A stretch of DNA of 64,000 nucleotides, from contig CM082581.2 of the NCBI GenBank assembly GCA_040954595.2, forward strand, positions 8,082,059 to 8,146,058. The letters run 5' to 3'. This DNA comes from Balanoglossus misakiensis. Taxonomy: Eukaryota > Animalia > Hemichordata. How positions within the stretch are numbered: position 1 is the first letter of the stretch; the number at the start of each line of letters is the position of its first letter. The notes below the pieces were generated by a model that worked only from the letters and a program-made list of their open reading frames with translations, made no database searches and was not told where the DNA came from. A program made the translations under genes and the position numbers. Positions 28,501 through 43,454 of this stretch are shown here, in pieces.

Positions 28501-31500
28501 TTTTACCCGCGAGCGCTGAGGCGGCCCAGCCCGTCCTCTACACGTATTAGCATTCAAGTATTCTCCACCCAGTATATGTTACTTTCAGAAAAGACAAGAG
28601 GAATCGAAAACCGGGCAAACTCTGGCTTCGTCTCGCGCTCTCGTACACGGCCAGTGTCTTTGTGGCAACGATAGGTGTTATTGAATGAATGACTCTATTC
28701 AAAACAAAACAAAGCAAAACAAAACAGAGTAAACGTTTTAGGCCTGCGTCAATGTAATTTCTGTGACTCAAACGTGCATAAACCGTAGACCGCAGTCTAT
28801 GATTAAACTATCGAAGCCATTTTCAAGCGCATTGAGCCAAAGTTACTAAACGCTCTGGTATCCCAAACGGATATGCTTCCAAATCCCTCGAAATCCACAA
28901 ACTTAAAAATCGGCCACAATATCACAGTATGGCCTGACAGTCTTGAATTCACACCACAGTACTTATTTTAGAATCGCCCTACAACTAATGTGGCATTATT
29001 TTTTTGTGTCTGGATATTTAATACAATATGAAAATTGCTGTCTGAGTGCCGGTTATGCAACAACTCCAATAACAGGCGTTCACCCATTCCAGAAAATCTC
29101 ATTTTATTTTAGAATACACACACACACAAATAAACCTCGCTCTATTAAGCAAATTCATTTTCCTTTACGACAATAAGCGGCACTAGCGTGTCAGGCAGAA
29201 GGTGATAATCGTTTATGGAGTGACATTCGAAATAACGTGACAGAGACCCGTGCAGCGATAGTCCTCATAAAAACGGATGGATAATATAAAAAAAACGCAG
29301 TAATCAAACTGCAATAATTTGTTACTCCCGTATGTTATTGTCAAGCGGTCAAGATGCTGACAATCACACGAATGAGAGCGGCTCCGCTGCGACGTGTCAA
29401 AGTTAAAGTTTTGTCGTTTTTGATGCGCACGACACAGCAGCCGCATTTTTGCCGAGAAGCAACCGTCCCCGTCATCATTCAGAAGTTCAAATGCATAATT
29501 AGTGAAAGGGCGATGTTTATTTCGACATTTCAATTCCCTATCTGCGATTTTGGAGCGCGCATTCTGGGCATTAAAAACCGTCGCGACACGACGCTGAGCT
29601 GACTGAGATGCGCGATGCTCCCCAGTTGCGGTTTTCAAATGGAAGCCCCCGTTCAACTATCAATTTAATTTGCGATATAACTCACTCTGTCTGAAGTGGC
29701 GTTGTTTGGCCACGCTGTTGACTTCGTGATTTCCCCGTCCCTTAGCAAACTGTCACTCCGTCAAAATTAGCCCGCAGTCGCGCGGTCTCCATAGACTCAT
29801 CGCTATAAATTCGATACCATAAACGACCAAATGCGCAAAAAGGACCAAAAGGACATTTCAGAGGTCTAAGCATTGACTTCAATTGAAATGAATAATTACT
29901 CGTATCCGATGACACAACAAACAAACATATTTTGAAGTGGTTGCGGGCAACTCGAGTATTTCTGTCGCGTGGAGTGTCGTTATTGGGGACGCCAAACGGT
30001 GTCTTGACTCAATTCTCAAGTAGTTTACTTTGTTCTTGAAATTTATGAAATCCCCAAAAAATACAATCGACACTGAGCATAAGTTTTTTTTCCTTCTTGT
30101 TGGCGCCGGGTGAATCCAATCATCAGAATACACATTTTGGAAATCTGAATTTAGGATTTCCACATTTTTCCGAATATTACTTGTTAAATCAAGATTCAAC
30201 TGACTTCTTGAATAGAAAGCTTTTACTCCGTGCTTATCAATTCAACACTATACTGAGGCGTGTCAAGTATTTTATGGAAACATGCCCGATTCTGAATTAC
30301 AGCAGTTAATTTGCATCGTGAAATGCACGCTGCTTGTAGACAGCTAACGGCTTGTGTATGATATAAATAGAAGTTTAAATAAAAAAACATTCGTACTCGT
30401 AAAATTCAACAATGGGCGCAATTTACTGAATATGACCGATCACTAATTAATACAAATTAAGAACAGGTTGTGTATAATAATTTGCAAATTAATCAGACTT
30501 TTTAAAAACAACTTTTGTGGCGCATAACTTTGGGTCCAGCAAATGTTCAATCGACGAGTTCGCTCTCTCGCTGATGGTGTTGAACCGGGGCACAGCATTC
30601 CGAACACGCATAGACGCTTACATTAACTTTTCTCATTTGTCAAGAGTACCACTCGAATGTTTCGTTTCAGTTTGTCCATTTGAGTCGCCTGCACCACTTG
30701 GCCCGATCCCAAACACAAAGCAATACATGTACTTGTGTGTCCGTTTTAAAGAAACCAACCGAGTTCTCAGCAACCTGTTGCAAACGCAGTGAAACGGGCG
30801 CTAATCGGTCAAAGTGGGGAGTCTTTTGCGCGCTGGCGCACTGTCATGGATATCAAAGAGCGCAAATAAGCACGCACAGCCGGTCGCTGCTGCTTGTTTT
30901 TTGAGGTGCTCCCCAATTAGGGTGTTTGAAATCGACACAAATGTTGCAAACTGATTAGCCGGTGTTGTTCGCTAATTAAGCAAAGCACAATAGCAATAGA
31001 CGAGAGGATGGACCGGCTCGTTTACCTGTCGCCCCCAAACAGCCACAAGCTGACGGGCAAGTGATCAGCACTAACCGTACCTCAAATAGAAAGTAATAAT
31101 CGCCTTGAGTTTATGCTGTTACGGGCTGTTACACTTTCAAAGCAATTAATAAGATTCTTTGGGTTTTAGTCTTGTTTCTGTTTTAAATAAATTTGTAATT
31201 CACCATTTCTCCGGTAACAGTGTGCATGACGGGGAATGTGTGACACGCGGTGCTGCCACTTGCAACCTGCAATTTCAAAATTATTGATCTCCCAAAGATT
31301 ATCATGTCATCATTTTAAATTATTAAAACTGCAGATCTTGATGACTCGTGTATAATTACAAAGCTAAATACATTAACTGGTCTTCGTAGTTCACTCTTTG
31401 CGGACACTTGAGCAATTCACCCGTTCCCGGCGTCATCGCCAATGGGGATAGTATTCAAGCGAGTTTTGGATAAGCGAGATTAAGTTTTCAATAGTTTTGA

Positions 31501-32184
31501 CTTCGTTTTCATCGAATTCAAAAGTAACATTGACATTCTGAGTGTTGTGACCACCACCACCCTCCCCATTCATCCACACACACACACCTTTTAGATGCCT
31601 ACTACTTACACTAGCGTAGGACCAATTTATAGAACAGTGGCCAATGGGTACAGTATTGCGCATTAAACGACATACGGTGTACAATATGGGTATCAAGTCG
31701 GATTGTTGTTACATTTCGCCTTTTCACAAGGGGGTCAACAAATTAAAACTACAGTGTTCCCACCAATCATTGAAAACTGCAAAATGTGACTGTGTGTATC
31801 CCGAAACGACGTGACCATGTCAGGCTCCTCGGGAGCTATGTTTAAAGCCACCGGTCGATACTCCGAGCCATACCGCTGTGTGCATTCGGTGAAACTTTCC
31901 TGCAGCCCGTTCATTCGAAGCGGTCGCACCCGAAGCATAGACCGACGAATAAAAAGAGCCTTTGTCGAGGTAACCATAATTTTTCGCCGTCTAAAGATAG
32001 CGCAGGGGCAGCGTGTGCTATTTTCCGTGTCGTTGTGTTCACCAAAGCGTCCCGTGAAAACAAGCCTAGCGCCTGAGCCAGGGGAAATCGACATGGTGCT
32101 TAACCGGGAAAAGAACACACCGCCCATGAATCAGAAACTCCACCACGCGTTTTTTTTCCAATGATCAACATATATTCTCAATAT

Positions 32185-32190
32185 TTTAAT
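32185..32190 (-). terminator. Candidate Msx polyadenylation signal (ATTAAA)
   Basis: ATTAAA on the minus strand about 1 kb after the stop, with CA about 20 nt downstream and a GT-rich tract (GTGTGTTCTTTT) beyond. Confidence 0.3.
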
Positions 32191-33156
32191 CAGAATGAAG
32201 TGAATAAAAACCTCTGGTAACAAACTGTTTACATTTTTCGGAGAGAGAGAGAGAAAAGACTGACTCGGGCAGAAGAGTGAGATGGGTACGGGTTATGAAC
32301 AGAGAAAATAAACTACAGTCCACTCACAGAGCCTGAGGAACGCAAAGATATAAATTCACAGGATCTGATATCCCGGGAAACAAACAAAATGTTACCAGAA
32401 ATAGTTCTGCGTGCAATATGGCAAGAATAAAGCTATATTTATGACAGATTAAAACCTTGAATACTTCCAAAAGGATAGAAAACAGCATTCTCTCTTTTGT
32501 TTGTTTTTCTGTCTGTTTTTACATGAAGATTCTTTTTCGACGCAAAAGCGATACGCGCCTTTGCTCGTCAATAACTCGAGCTTCTTTTTTTCTCTCTCAA
32601 TTTTGCGATTTAACCATAAAGACGTCGTCCAGAGTACACCCAGTAAACTATGCGAGGCTGATTATATCTGACCCGGCACAGAAGACATGTTTTGGTGTCT
32701 TATAAGGTGTTCAAAATTCAAAAAGAAAAGTTCCGTAAAATGACCATTATTTATACAAGTATCTTTGGAATACCCCCATCACTAATTAAAGTTCTTACCG
32801 CCTTACAGCAACCGTCGCTTTCTCGTCTCTCAGCGATTCGTTTTGATATAGAGCAGTGCTTAAATATATATATACTATATCATTGAGTTCTCATTGTTCG
32901 CTAGCCATCATGACAGCTAGTCCATGCAACACTAGATACAATTTCTGTGCCAGTTGATTCCGTCGTTCAAACAAAAAAAGGTTTTGTGGTCCTAAGTGTC
33001 AGATTTGTCTTGGCGTAACTCCGCAGAATGATTCCGACTTCACAGAGTTCTTTATCATCTTCTTTGGAAGTTACAAGGGGATTGGTAAATCCGGCGTCTT
33101 TCGGTTTCTCAGTGGCGAGTTTCCTCGATTTCAGTTTTTTTTTTAATTTCGTTAAA

Positions 33157-33633
<477 letters not shown>

Positions 33634-34088
33634 CTAGTGGTATCATTACTGCCGAAATGTTTCTTAAAGCTAAACACACTCTTTGGTTTGGAGACAGATG
33701 AAAGCCTATCATGGTGTAATTTTAATTGGAAGGGCATCTGGTCCACAAAAAATGACATATCAAATCGGTGGAGTGCTTTTGGACAGAGAGCAGACTCGCC
33801 AGAGTAATGGCTGGTTCCCACCACTAAAACTATTCGCGGGGTCAGGACAGTGTCACATGCAAAGTTTTTGACAAATAATCCCAGTCCACCCGTCCCCCAG
33901 ATAGTAATATAAAACTTGTTTTAAAAAGTCAATATGATTATTAAAGGAAATGTTGAATGGGAGTATGTTAATTGGAATATTGACGTTTGGCATTTGTTGT
34001 TTACATTGCTGATTGGTGTCAATACCATCATGGCTTTGGGAATTTTTCATATTACATTCGGGGATATAGTATTATAGTCAATACTTAC

Positions 34089-34695
34089 GTCCGCTCGCTG
34101 ACGGTGAAAATCTTGATGAGTCCAACCAAGGGAAAGTTGCCGTCGACCACGCTGAGGTTGTTTTATTGGCCGAAGACGATAGAGGAATTTCAGTGTCCTT
34201 CGCTCTGCAGTTGTCTTTGGCCGGACTCGGGTTGGGTTTGCTGAGGATGCCCTCCACGCTGAACGACGACGGGATGGAGGTGGAAGACAGCGGACGGTGA
34301 CTGTCCTTGTGGTGGTCCATCCTCGGGTGCTCCGGGCCCCGGTGGCAGATCATGGAGGCCACGCTGAAGGCGATGCTCTCCGGCGCCGTCGTCGCCTTGG
34401 CGTGCAGCGACGGCGGCGGCTTCAGGCTGGTCGGGGTCGCTGCTGTTGCTGTCGTTGTTGTTGTTGGCGATGATGATGAGACCGTCGCCGCTGTGGTAGC
34501 CGCAGCGGCAGCTGTGTTCATTGTAACCGGAGCGCTCTCCACGGGATCGTAGCTCGGCGTCTGTCTCCCCGAACTGCCACTACTACAACTGCCCGTGCTC
34601 AGGCTCTCGGCGGCGGCGACCGATGAATGTGAGGGTGACTCGAGTTTACAGAAAGCCGAAGTAGCGCTACTGAAAGTCAGAGATGTCTGCGACAT
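34089..34695 (-). CDS. Msx: Msx homeobox protein, exon 1
   Basis: ATG at 34695; Ala/Thr/Ser-rich, eh1 motif FSVEGIL, hexapeptide-like FPWL, RFSP; donor C|GTAAGT. With exon 2 it gives 1035 nt = 344 aa. Confidence 0.93.
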
Positions 34696-34844
34696 GACGA
34701 CACAGGCTCAACAAGTTTGGAGTGAAACGCAGGAAACATCCAAGCGTTGTTTGTCTACTTTCGTTGTTCCTCTCGGCTTGCTTAGGGGAAAAGTGACCAT
34801 CAATAAGTCGAATATAAAATATGGAGGTGACTCTGCCAGGCAAG

Positions 34845-35130
34845 GTTAGACTGTCCGAGACCGCCTACATTTACATAATTGTATAGTTAAACTCCCAAGC
34901 GTTGCGCCCAATCACAAGTTGGGTTGTGTATGACGCGGCTAATCGACAGACTTAATAATTCCTAAGTGCTGTATAAATAGGACTAATATATAATATGAAT
35001 AGATGTTGTGCTGGGGATTGGAGTGGCCGGCTCGTTTACACAAGATTAGGCAGGTCATAAACAACGGTGTCGATTGGCCAATCTAAATGCAATTATATGC
35101 GGTGTAAGTAAAAGTATGGGCGGGTGACTG
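34845..35130 (-). promoter_or_regulatory. Candidate Msx core/proximal promoter
   Basis: TATA-like TATGTAAAT (minus, ~34870-34878), CCAAT boxes (~34908; palindromic GATTGGCCAATC ~35072-35083) and a GC box GGGCGG ~35118, just upstream of exon 1. Confidence 0.45.
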
Positions 35131-35269
35131 AACAGCTATTGTCCGCCGATCATTTGCCCGCAAGCATCCCTCGCCATGAAAGGACTTAGCTGCGCTTAAG
35201 CTGCATGTGAATAGGCTTATAAAATTTTATTCATGAAGATAAAGGACTTATTTGCAGTGAGTACACTCC

Positions 35270-35465
35270 CCCTTTGGTGATCAATTACCCACGGACCAAG
35301 CTGGAGCTAATTGGCCAGACAAATAATCTATCAAAGTTTGGCATCCTTTAGCTATTGAACAGACTACCTCGGCTACTATTGAGGCGCCACGAACACAGTG
35401 TTTACGGCGGGATCAAAGGCAGGGATACTTCTTAGCATATGGAACAGTTACAGAGCCTTTGAATC
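35270..35465. promoter_or_regulatory. Candidate Wnt/BMP/homeodomain-responsive Msx proximal enhancer
   Basis: CTAATTG (35307-35313), CAGAC Smad elements (35316, 35360), GGCGCC (35383-35388), and three TCF/LEF sites: ATCAAAG (35330, 35412) and CTTTGAA (35457). Confidence 0.45.
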
Positions 35466-38400
35466 GCTTCAATAAAGCCCCTCTTCTTTGTAGAACTGGT
35501 CCTCTACCCCGCCGTACCCTACGGATATAATTTTGGGTGTCCCTATGTAAAAAAATATATATTTATACATGAAGTTTTCCCGTAGACAGTGGGTGCATAT
35601 TACATGGTTAAATGTACAATGCGTTACGCATAACTGACCCTACTCTGGATGTAGCGAGGTGCTGCGTAATTCAGTGGCAGCTTGTCTTTTTTTTTCGTCG
35701 GCGGTGGTGTCATTACCCAAAAGCGATTGAAATCCGCGGGTTTGTTTTCTTCGTAGGTGTTTGTGAGGCGAGGACAAGCTCCCCTGAAGTGGTCAAAGTA
35801 CGGGTCGTGTTTTCACGCCATAATGGCTGTTTGCGCCACAAAGGGGACGATTCTTTCGACACCCCCTAAATCCGTCGACAATGACAGTTCAAGAAGATTT
35901 CGGCAAAAATATTACAAATCGAACTGCGTGGGTCTTTGGAGGATTTGAAAGAGGACACAGGAAAAGGGTTTGGTCATATTTGTTCAGATGAGTCCATTGT
36001 TTACCTAGAGCAGCCCATGCGGTTGGTGAAAATCGAAATTTATTTTTTTGTCTATGTTATCAAACAGCCGTTGCCAAAGAATCGGTGTGGATGAAACATA
36101 TTCTCCCGATTCAGAAATTTCCCGTTTCCATCACTTCCGGCAGAACACACTGCCTCGGCAGTGGTGGTTTTCCTTCCCGTCGTTCCATTCGGCTGAAGTC
36201 AGCCGACTTCCTTGCATCATTTGTTGGTAGTTTACCCTCAAGTATCCGATAATTTGATTGGAAAAATATGAGACTACTGTTTCGATAAGAACACTGTCTC
36301 CAAAAAGTATATGGCCACAATCACAGGCAATTATATCCAATTTCACCCCTAATCTCGACGATTTCTTCTCCAGTAACGAGTAGTGAACAGTACTAAGCGA
36401 TCGTTTTAATGATGCCAGGCAGCGAAAAAGAGGATGTCCATTGACCGAGTCGCCGAGTCTCGGCGGTTGACAGAGCGCATCGCCGTTTCTTTCAAGTCCA
36501 ATAAAATATCGAGATAAAGCAGGAATCACACGGCAGCAACTGCTCTTATCCGAGAGACGCCCCACAAGTCTCAATTGTGCGCCTCAAAAAAAAAAAACAG
36601 AACCGTGTACACGGTCGACGGTTTGGGAGACACGACACTTCTCCTTGGAAAACGCGACAGATGTGGCGGGCGCAAACTCGTCAAATTTTGACGGGAGTTT
36701 TTCTTCTCCCGTTTCAAACGGCCGGTTGGTGCGGAGGTGGGCCGTAGGTTCGATTCTTTCTCTCCATAAAAGAGGGGTGGACGCAAACAAAACAAGACCC
36801 CGTTGCTTTTGAAAAAAAAAACAGAGTTTGGATATTATTCTTAAAAGTAGTGAACCACTACAAGTTTGCATTTTGAGTATCCATCACATGCACGCCAGAT
36901 ACAAAAAATAACCCTAGACTGACTTTTACCCCCTGACGCAGCAAGCATGACCCGGCGCGGAAGGCAGTAGGCTGTGCGCGCGGGACGCCGGCCTCTGGGA
37001 AATCTGCGCCGAATTGTGCCCGCGACGGGGCTAAACAAAATACAGCCACTCACCGAAGGAGAGGCACTTAAATTTTCCAAGGCATTGCCTTTACAGGCCA
37101 CTCAATGAGATATAAATGGGAAGTGGAGCCAAAGAATGGCCGCTGAACAATTGAAACAAAAACATGCTTTTCTAGCAAGAGATAATAGCCGCTCATTTTC
37201 GGATTATTTGTTCGTACCGTGTAGACTTTCTTAAACACTATTAAATCGATACCCTGCCCGGACCAACGTTTTCCTCGCCGTAGGATGCCGCTTTCGGTGA
37301 GTGCAATTAAACGCCGATGGAATCGACGTCGGCCCCGCGCATTTCACCATCTTGAGATATATGGCGGCCCTGAGCGGGTGAAAGTCTTTTAAGAAAGCGA
37401 GTTAAATAGAAATGGCATCGTTTAACAGATTTGCCGGATTTTAATACAACTAAATACCCCTCTTTGTATAGAAAAGTAATAGCTGAGTAATTCTGGCTTC
37501 TCCCATCCATCACTGTTTCGTACCACCCCCTCGTAATTATGCCGACCGCCGGCCTTTCAAATCGCGGCGGATCGGTGACTCTTGCCCGGGGCGGACTTTT
37601 TGCAGTTCTTTCAAAACTTGGGGATGGTCTCAGACAGAAATAACCGTTTAATGCCCCGATAGTTTTTGATCTCGGGGTAAAAAACACGGCCGTCCTCTGG
37701 GGAGCGTCTTCCCCGCACTCTACTGCGGAGGTCAATTAGTTCTAGCGAATCGTTAATTAGTTTGCAGACAATGCGATCACAGCCGTGAAGAAGAGAACCC
37801 GGTGCTGTGATTCGGCCTCCCCGTCCCGCTTTCAGACCGAGCTTCTGTCCGTTGGCGGGCTTTACGACCAAAGAGCGAGAAACTCCCAAACACTGTGTAC
37901 TTTTTTTATCAAGACCTATTTTTATCGGCGATTTTCAAGCCTCTCCAGACAATTCCTAGGCAGCGTGCACAACGTTAAACTGACATACCGTTTTGTGTGT
38001 TCCAGTTTCGCAAAAAATAAAACCCTTAGGCATGGGTTTCATTTCAGTCCATACCTACAGGTCGACGGGAACATATCACTCATCGAAGTTTCATTAAACA
38101 TCGCACTTCACACAAATATTAGTCTTTTTAATACCGGAAAATTTCCTTGTTTAAGTACATATTGCACCGCCCGGGAAGGTTTTTGGTATGCAGGGCGCAC
38201 TGTAGAGGTACACATTATGGTGTATTGCATCTTCGTTTCCATTAACTTTCAAATTAAGTTGTTTTTAGTGGGAGATCATTACGCGCAAATGAAATTAACA
38301 ACCGTCTTCAATCACAATTCATTCCGCTGGCGTATACATCATCGGGGCCGATTTTCCAGATTTTCAGAGGGGATTTTAGGGAAGTTACATCCGATATTAA

Positions 38401-39030
38401 CTGATAATGAAGATAAATGGGGGCGCTAATCGGAAGTTGATATACTCGCATCAGAGGCAATTGGTCGCCCTGGCAGCAGAGGCGATCCTCTTAAAAAAAG
38501 ATCTACAGCCAGCCCTTGTACATTTCCGTTTTTAAGTGCGCGGTATGTTCATTTCAGGTAAATGATATTTACATCTCTTGATATTTCTCCTTTTTACACC
38601 GCATTTTACAGGGTTTTTTTTAAATACGAGGGGACATTTCCGACAATAAAACCTCGCGCCACGGCCCCGCTTTCCCTATTCTAATTTAGATTAAACTCAA
38701 GAGATGTAACATATATTAAATGATAATACACGACGGCCGAACTAATTTCAGTCCATACTTTTATTCAGTGTGTAATTACCTATATCTAGTGCGATGTGCT
38801 CAGTTAAATTTTACGGTTAATGTGTTGTTTTTTATAAAGACCAAACTCAGAGCTTTTTGACCTTTAATATTTGCCATTAAAATGCACAATGGGCATATTT
38901 TTTTATATTTTTACGAATATCACGATTTTGCTCACGCGTTGGGTTTTCTTTTGTTTGTCTCGTCAGCTCAGTTGCAAGATTTTCGGGTTAGTTTACAGAA
39001 AAATAATCTGATTCTTGAAATTGCCAAAAT

Positions 39031-39222
<192 letters not shown>

Positions 39223-42200
39223 GTGGTTCCATAGTGATAAAAAGCACAAGCAACTGACTTCCTATCTACGTGAGTTGGTACAGTAGGTTTGGAGTTCGAA
39301 TCCCATAAAGTACAAGTACTCTCTCTCTCTCTCACCATCCACCTATCTATTCCCTGTGCTGCCATCGTTAACTTTCTCCGCCATTTTGCGACCCCCTTCT
39401 TATTTCCGGTATTACAATACGTCAAATCTGCACGTCACTCGGCCATATTTGCCGGGAATAGCTTGGCCGTCAACTTCTTCCGCAATCCGCAAGCGTGACG
39501 ACGACATACATCAAATTGCTTCTGATGTCAAAGATTTTTTAACACTCCCTCTTTCTTCGGTTAATTTTTAGTTTCTTGCCGAAATTTGTAGGAATTAACT
39601 TCGAATTTTCGTGAACATACCATCAATCATGGCAGACCCCCGCTGTTATGTTCATAGATATTTATAATCTGTTAAAGCGACGAGCGGAGGCGGCATTTGT
39701 AGCGTCTTTTTCAAAATCACTCTCAGAGCCCATCCCCCGAAGGCAGACAGTTTATTAACTCTGAAAGCTGTCAACTGGATATTGTCTGTGCCCAACTCTA
39801 AACACCTACTTCTTCCGGGGTAATATCTCTCCTTGCGGTCGTAATCGGTTTTTATCGCGGCGCAAATATATATAAATAAAATATTTGTAAGGCGACAAAG
39901 GTGATGGTTAGTGGAAATGAAACGCGTTCCCTTGACAGAACATCAAATCATGCATTCCGAATAACGACGAAAAATGAAGCTTGTAAATATTCCTTTGTCG
40001 CCGTCAAATGGTGGCTGACAGGTGCTATCGTTTTCAATATATAAACAAATTTGCAAATTGGGGTTAAATGGTCGGCGAAACGGTGTACTCCGGAACGCGG
40101 CATTTTAACTTCTACTGCAAGGAAGCGCAAAGCCGGATTCGGCGCTCGCGTCTCCAAATCTTCGCCAATAAAAATACTCGTGAAGTCTGGTGATATTTTT
40201 GTCCACTTAAAATAATCCTTCCAGGGTAATGTTAAGACAACTGAGCGCACAGTTATACAAAACATGTATCAAAAATCAGAGTGTGGTGCCGACACTGGTA
40301 GATACGGGCAGTGCACGGCCTCTAGGTGAGCGCGATGCTCGTATCCGATTCTGGCATACTGCATGCAAGTGATACTCTGTGCACCTGGCACGTATAGTTG
40401 ACGGTTTGGAGTGTTTAAACAGACATTATTGTCTGTGTGTTTTTACCAATTCGGAGCTTGACTCACCTCGACAGGGGTGAATCAAGCGCTATCACGTTCT
40501 ATTTGATACTTCATCAGCTCGGTGTCTTGGCTGGAAGCCGGGGGTGATTAATGCAATTTCACTCGAGAGGCAAATGTTTGCTTTAAAAAATTCGTCAAAT
40601 TGATGCTTCGTTCGCTGCCTGTAACCATACCCGTTCGTCTTCTTCTCCTCAGCTAGCTGAGCTGTGGCGACGCACTCTCATCGCAGAGCCGGTAAAATTG
40701 TCAACCCTCTGTAAAGCTCATGTTTCTTTCATGAAGCTGAAGATAAGGATCGAATTTATCTAACAATTTGGTAATAATTTCATTTCACTGGACATCACTC
40801 GCGGATCGTTAAGAGTAAAAAAATATCTAATCGCGTTTCTTGTCATTTCCCGGCATTTTCGATGAAACAATTGAGATAGACACGTTGTCAAATCGCTTAC
40901 TGACGAGCATTACGTGCGATGTTATCGACAAACAGGCCTAGGACGACTTTCGTCTTCATGGATAGTAGAACCCGCACAAGATGGCGTCAAGCGAGATGCT
41001 GAGATTCTGCCGTTACGAAACTTTGAAAGTCTACGTCAGAATTTCTGCCACATTGTTCAGGCAGAAACTGAACGACTCGTCAACTATTGATTCCCACAGT
41101 TAGCGTAATTATTCCGAGGAATAAAATGTTAATCAAAGCAATTAACAAGCGGAGAATCAAACTATTGCACACTTGTCTTAATTGTGATCTTTACGAGATA
41201 AGCAAATGCTGTTAATATGTTAACCTTCTCGGGATATTGAAAAGCGAACTACTATATTTGAAACTTATCAATAATTTATTTTCCCAATTAATTTTTAAGC
41301 GATCAGAACCATTAATATTTAGCCATAATTTCAACATTTGTATAAGTATATCCTACATGAAGGATATTAACAAAATAGAAAATAGATTTCTATTAAAATT
41401 CCCCAAGGATTTAAAATTCTTATCATGTCGATAATTAATATGCTTTACATGAAGAAGACAGAGCAGCTATGGCTATTGTTCGTTGGTATGCACAACAAAA
41501 CTAATGAAGTTGTTTTTCCCAACACCAGTGTAAACATGTCTGTATGTACAAATGTACATGTATGTATGTGTTTATGTGTGTATTTGTATATGTATGTACA
41601 TATGTATGTTTGTGTATGTATTTGGCATACTGACGGGAAGTTCTTAAGTCGTTCTTTCCACCATGAGCGTTCACGAATTTTACTGAAAGTCTAGTCGAGT
41701 AGTGAAAGTTGGTTTGTTCTTAGCCGACAGCCAGTTATAAATGTGCTATAGATATCCGTTCAAGCCTAACACACAGTCAGAGAATACGGCGATCAACCAT
41801 TTTATCACGGCATACATAAATCTTTCGGTGTACGGTTTTGGACCTGTTGTTGGAAGCCTCTATTCAGAGTCTATCTGACAGGCTACAATTAAGGCGAAGC
41901 GTTTCAATAGGACATTGTCGCGTTACAAATCAACACTAAAGCCCGTTTGGAATTCGTACAATAAGACAATCGACATTTTCGCATTAAAATTGGTGGTTTT
42001 GTTTGGGCAGTGCCTTGTTGTCTTTTTTTTCTTTCTTCCTGTTGGCTATCCCGAGAGACTTAAGACCTATCATTTCATTTAAAAGGCCGTTTGTCATGCA
42101 GTAATTAATTAGGAACGAATGAGTTTGACCAGGTCGTAAAATCTTTTCATGATCTGACAGAGCTCTTCTGGGTCGTGACAAAGTCGAGGAATCTGTAAAG

Positions 42201-43286
42201 GGTGGATATTTGAACGCTCCGGGCAGCGGAACTGGTAATTTAGAAAATGAAGAACAGTCGACAGCGATCGGACATTTGTTATCCAGTGAATCTTCCAGTT
42301 GCTTTTTTCTTTCGGTTTAGTTTGAGGGCGCTGTTACCTAGGGTCGTTATTCAAAGGGATGGACAAACCGATATAGTCTCTCCGAGCAGCAAGATTTTGC
42401 CAGTGAGGTGATTTGATTAATCGAACAAAAGACTACTGGTGGTCAAATAAACTCAAGGTTCGCTCAAAAATGGTATGAACAACTTCGCCACCGGTCGCGC
42501 TCCGTGACCTTAATACCGAATCACCAGCACTGACTGTTCCACGCCTTGAGCGTTAGAGAAGGCCCCCCTTCACGACTGGATAGCTCGCATTCACGCGTCC
42601 GTACCGACAATTACTAACATTTGGGCGCAGTAATGCGCCGATTATGAGGCTCCAAGACAATGCGAACAGCTATGCGCTGGTGTCGAACAAAAAGGGAGCG
42701 ACACACTGAAACCAAACAGCATTTCCATCAATAGAACATTTGGCCAGGTCAAGGAAACGCCGGACAGTCCTCCCCCCATTCAAAACTGTTTACACCCAGA
42801 CCAGGTATATTACATTTATGGAGGCATAAACCCATGCAGGGAGCGAATACTTTGCTAAACGCCCCTAACAAACAATCGTGGTTACGGGCAGTGAGGTGTG
42901 TGTGTGTGTTCATTTCATTTGAAATGGACAGCGTGGCATTTTCGGTGTGGATTCCTGGCGATTAATGAGGCAAGTGTCCAAGTGTCGGGACAGTTCGTCT
43001 TTCAAGAGGTGTAACAGCCTGTGAAATTCGTGAATATATTTCTCTCCGGTTTGTTGGTGCGCTTTGCTTTGAAGTTCCCGATTCAGCAGATGTCACGACA
43101 GGGGAACAAGAACCGGAGGGGGTGGTTTGTGCAGAGGAGGGGGGGGGGCGCGATGGCGCACGATGCTAATAATTCAGAAATGGAAGGGCAGGCTTGAATT
43201 AATCGCCCACCTGTTGAACACGTGTGACTGCACGGTGGCGACGTGGCAACTGTCGTGTGTTTTGTCCGCTGTATTTTTTTGGATCC

Positions 43287-43454
43287 GTGTTGTGTTGTGT
43301 TGTGTTGTGTTGTGTTGTGTTGTGTTGTGTTGTGTTGTGTTGTGTTGTGTTGTGTTGTGTTGTGTTGTGTTGTGTTGTGTTGTGTTGTGTTGTGTTGTGT
43401 TGTGTTGTGTTGTGTTGTGTTGTGTTGTGTTGCGTTGTGTTACGGTGTTGTGTT
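43287..43454. repeat. (GTGTT)n pentanucleotide microsatellite
   Basis: Direct reading. Confidence 0.98.

Noticed and set aside
28790-28830. Short inverted similarity to 4903-4942 (TTGAAATGGCTT..GTTTAAT..AGACT)
   Set aside because: Too short and gapped to distinguish from chance by eye.
37785-38429. Longest unexplained ORF (214 aa)
   Set aside because: Non-ATG start, composition typical of AT-rich non-coding DNA, no recognisable motif; lies in the Msx upstream region.
39262-39305. tRNA-like box A/box B (GAGTTGGTA..GTTCGAATCCC); similar box-B hits near 9391, 22713 and 36747
   Set aside because: No cloverleaf can be formed; at most decayed SINE heads or chance matches.
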